Below are positions 61,701-64,000 of a stretch of DNA of 64,000 nucleotides, one piece after another. The DNA lies in the NCBI GenBank assembly GCA_963514005.1, contig OY740807.1:14632001-14696000 (forward strand), written 5' to 3'. Numbering within the stretch: the stretch's first letter is position 1; every line of letters starts with the position of its first letter. This stretch comes from Raja brachyura. Lineage: Eukaryota. A model generated the notes under the pieces. That model saw only the letters and a list, made by a program, of their open reading frames with translations. It was not told the DNA's origin and did no database searches. The position numbers were made by a program, and so were the translations under genes.

Positions 61701-64000
61701 TATACAAACATTTGCATTTACTGATCCAAGTTGGATTGAGAAGCTGAATGTGATCGTTTCCCTGCTCTTTCTTGGTTCAAAAGTAAAAATTATTTGTTCA
61801 GAGGATGTGGAAATTGCTGGCAAGCTAAGAATGTGTTGCCCAATTCTACGAGCTTCCTGAACAGAGTGGCAAGCTGGACAATTTCTTGGGATAGCATGAG
61901 GTAACAACATTAGTGCATCTGGAGTCACAGATCTGACCAGCAAAAAAGACAATGGCAAGCTAGGTCTTTGTAACAATCCAGCAGCTTCATGGTCAACATT
62001 GCTAACGGTAGCGTTTTTTTACTTAGAGATTTTATTTAATTATTTGAACTTAAATTCTCCAGCTGCTGTGCTCACATTTGAACCTATGCTGCCAAATCAA
62101 TATTCCAGGTCTCTGGATACTATTCAATTAAATTAACTAACATGCTGCTTTGCCACTGAAAAATTGCATCCTTAATCTGATTTATAAACCAAATTTGAAG
62201 CATCACCGTTAGTTCCCGATATATCATGTTTTTATTTTGCACAGAATTATGCAAAATGTTCAGCATATTAATAGGTTATTTGACCCAACTACTCCGAGCT
62301 GGTATTTATGCGCCACACAATTCTGTCAGTTTTCTATTATACACATATAAGCATTGTTCTGAGGTGATAAAAAGCTCTTAGTAGGTGCAAGTTTCTCCCT
62401 TTTGAAACAGCACATTCTAAAATGCATCTTTGTTGACTGCTGCCACTATTAGAGACAATGAGTTCCACTTCCGAGGCACTTACAGGTTAAAGATGCCCTT
62501 TCTGAATAATTTTATGGATTTATATAAGCTGAATTCGTGTGACATTGCAGTAACAGAGTAAATGCAACCGGATCTTGAACCAAGTCCTGAGCTGACACCT
62601 ACGTGAATTACTGTGGGAGTCCCTAGTGGAGACTGTCTCACTGCATTCCATTTTGGCATCATTTCAGACCTCAACATCTGCCTTAGACTACCCAAGTTGA
62701 TGCAAGGCAAAGCCATCAATTTGTGGTGTAAGCACATTCCCACCCAAGAAAGTATAGCTAACAAAGGGCGAATTCTGCATCTAACTTTAGTTGCAAAACA
62801 CTAATGGGAATGTCACATCAGACACACATTTCGGACCATGGATCACATTGACTAATTCTGTATCCTATTGAAACTAATATGCTAAGTAACCGTTGTAAAA
62901 CTGCATACCTCTGGATCACTGTCTATTTGTGATAATGCAAATCAATCCTGCACATTTCATCTCCAAACGGATGGAAGCTGGGGACTCACACATTCACAAG
63001 TACAATATATCTCGGCGAGTTTTATTCATGGGATGAAACTCATCGGCAGAATCTGAAATTCCTAACCAAGCAACCGAGGTGCTGGGGCTTGCTCTCTTTT
63101 TCATTTCCGACAAAAGTCTTCAAAGTGAGACATTAACTCCATTTCTCTTTCTACAATTTCTGCCTGACCTGCTGACTCATCCAGCATTTTTCTTTTTATT
63201 TCAGATTTTCAGCAGCTGCAATTTTTTTTAACAGAATTTGTTTAAACATGTATTGGATCAGCTGCAATGATGCAGGGCTCCTTTCTGCCCTATTTGTGTG
63301 GCAGCCTACAGGCTTAGCAGCTTTAGCCAGTGGTATATGTGCCTGCCCTCATTATTCATAGCTTTGCCTGGGGGGTGGGTGGGGGGGGGGTGGTCACAAA
63401 TATTTGTGGTTAATGTCAACAATTTGGCTAAGGCAAAAAAATGCATGAAATTGTTGGGCAATAGAGCAAAATTATACTTTGAGATGATATATTAATGACT
63501 ATACTTTTAAAGCCAGATATGAGGAAGGTCCAGCACTTTGAAAAGATAATGCCCAATCTTACTTTTCTATTGCACAAGAGCTAACACCACTGGGTGCTTT
63601 GGGACATCGTGAGACTGCAAACATCACTGTTGTAATGCAAATGTTAAGACTGTCCTCTCCACTTAATTACTAACTTGCAATTTCACAGAACGGAAGTGAA
63701 AAACGAACTGTGATTAAAGCAATTTCATAAAAAGATTTAATTTGGGGGGAAAAAATTGAAATAATATTTGACAATATTTATCCTTGTCCATTAAAAGCAA
63801 CCTTTATAACATCTCCATGTGTGGTATTTGAATTATCCAGTCCCCAGCTCTGGGACTTGGTCAATTTTGGCTGCTTTTTTAAATGTTCTCATTAAAAAAA
63901 AAGTTTTCATTTGCTGACCTTCCCCCAAATACATAACTTGGAACAACTGGTCTGTGACAAATGAACTTACGAACTTCAAGACCCATTACATCTTTTAATT

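Noticed and set aside
62480-62804. 94-aa minus-strand ORF as the upstream BCAS3 exon
   Set aside because: No similarity to the expected upstream peptide (..DDTPLEM..SPRASW..); that exon is probably beyond 64000.

Overview
Vertebrate genomic DNA. The repeat families (HE1-like SINEs, CR1/HER1-like LINEs, Deu-domain SINE) suggest a cartilaginous fish, probably a skate or ray; this is inference. The only host gene I can support is BCAS3 on the minus strand, with four consecutive in-frame internal exons at 60369-60469, 50325-50428, 42033-42229 and 39589-39686. Positions 1-39588 lie in the following very large intron, which in other vertebrates belongs to the TBX2/TBX4 regulatory landscape. The introns carry: (1) a full-span DIRS1-type tyrosine-recombinase retrotransposon (17781-21870) with decayed ORFs but perfectly matching terminal and ICR repeats; (2) four non-autonomous Helitrons; (3) four PIF/Harbinger-type MITEs; (4) many CR1, Rex/Babar and other LINE fragments and SINEs; (5) a degenerate ~70-bp satellite; (6) a dense family of 85-200 bp Penelope-derived mini-insertions with a minimal hammerhead-ribozyme-like core, flanking direct repeats and often fold-back structure. 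Almost all short ORFs in the track are noise. There is an assembly gap at 6965-7196.
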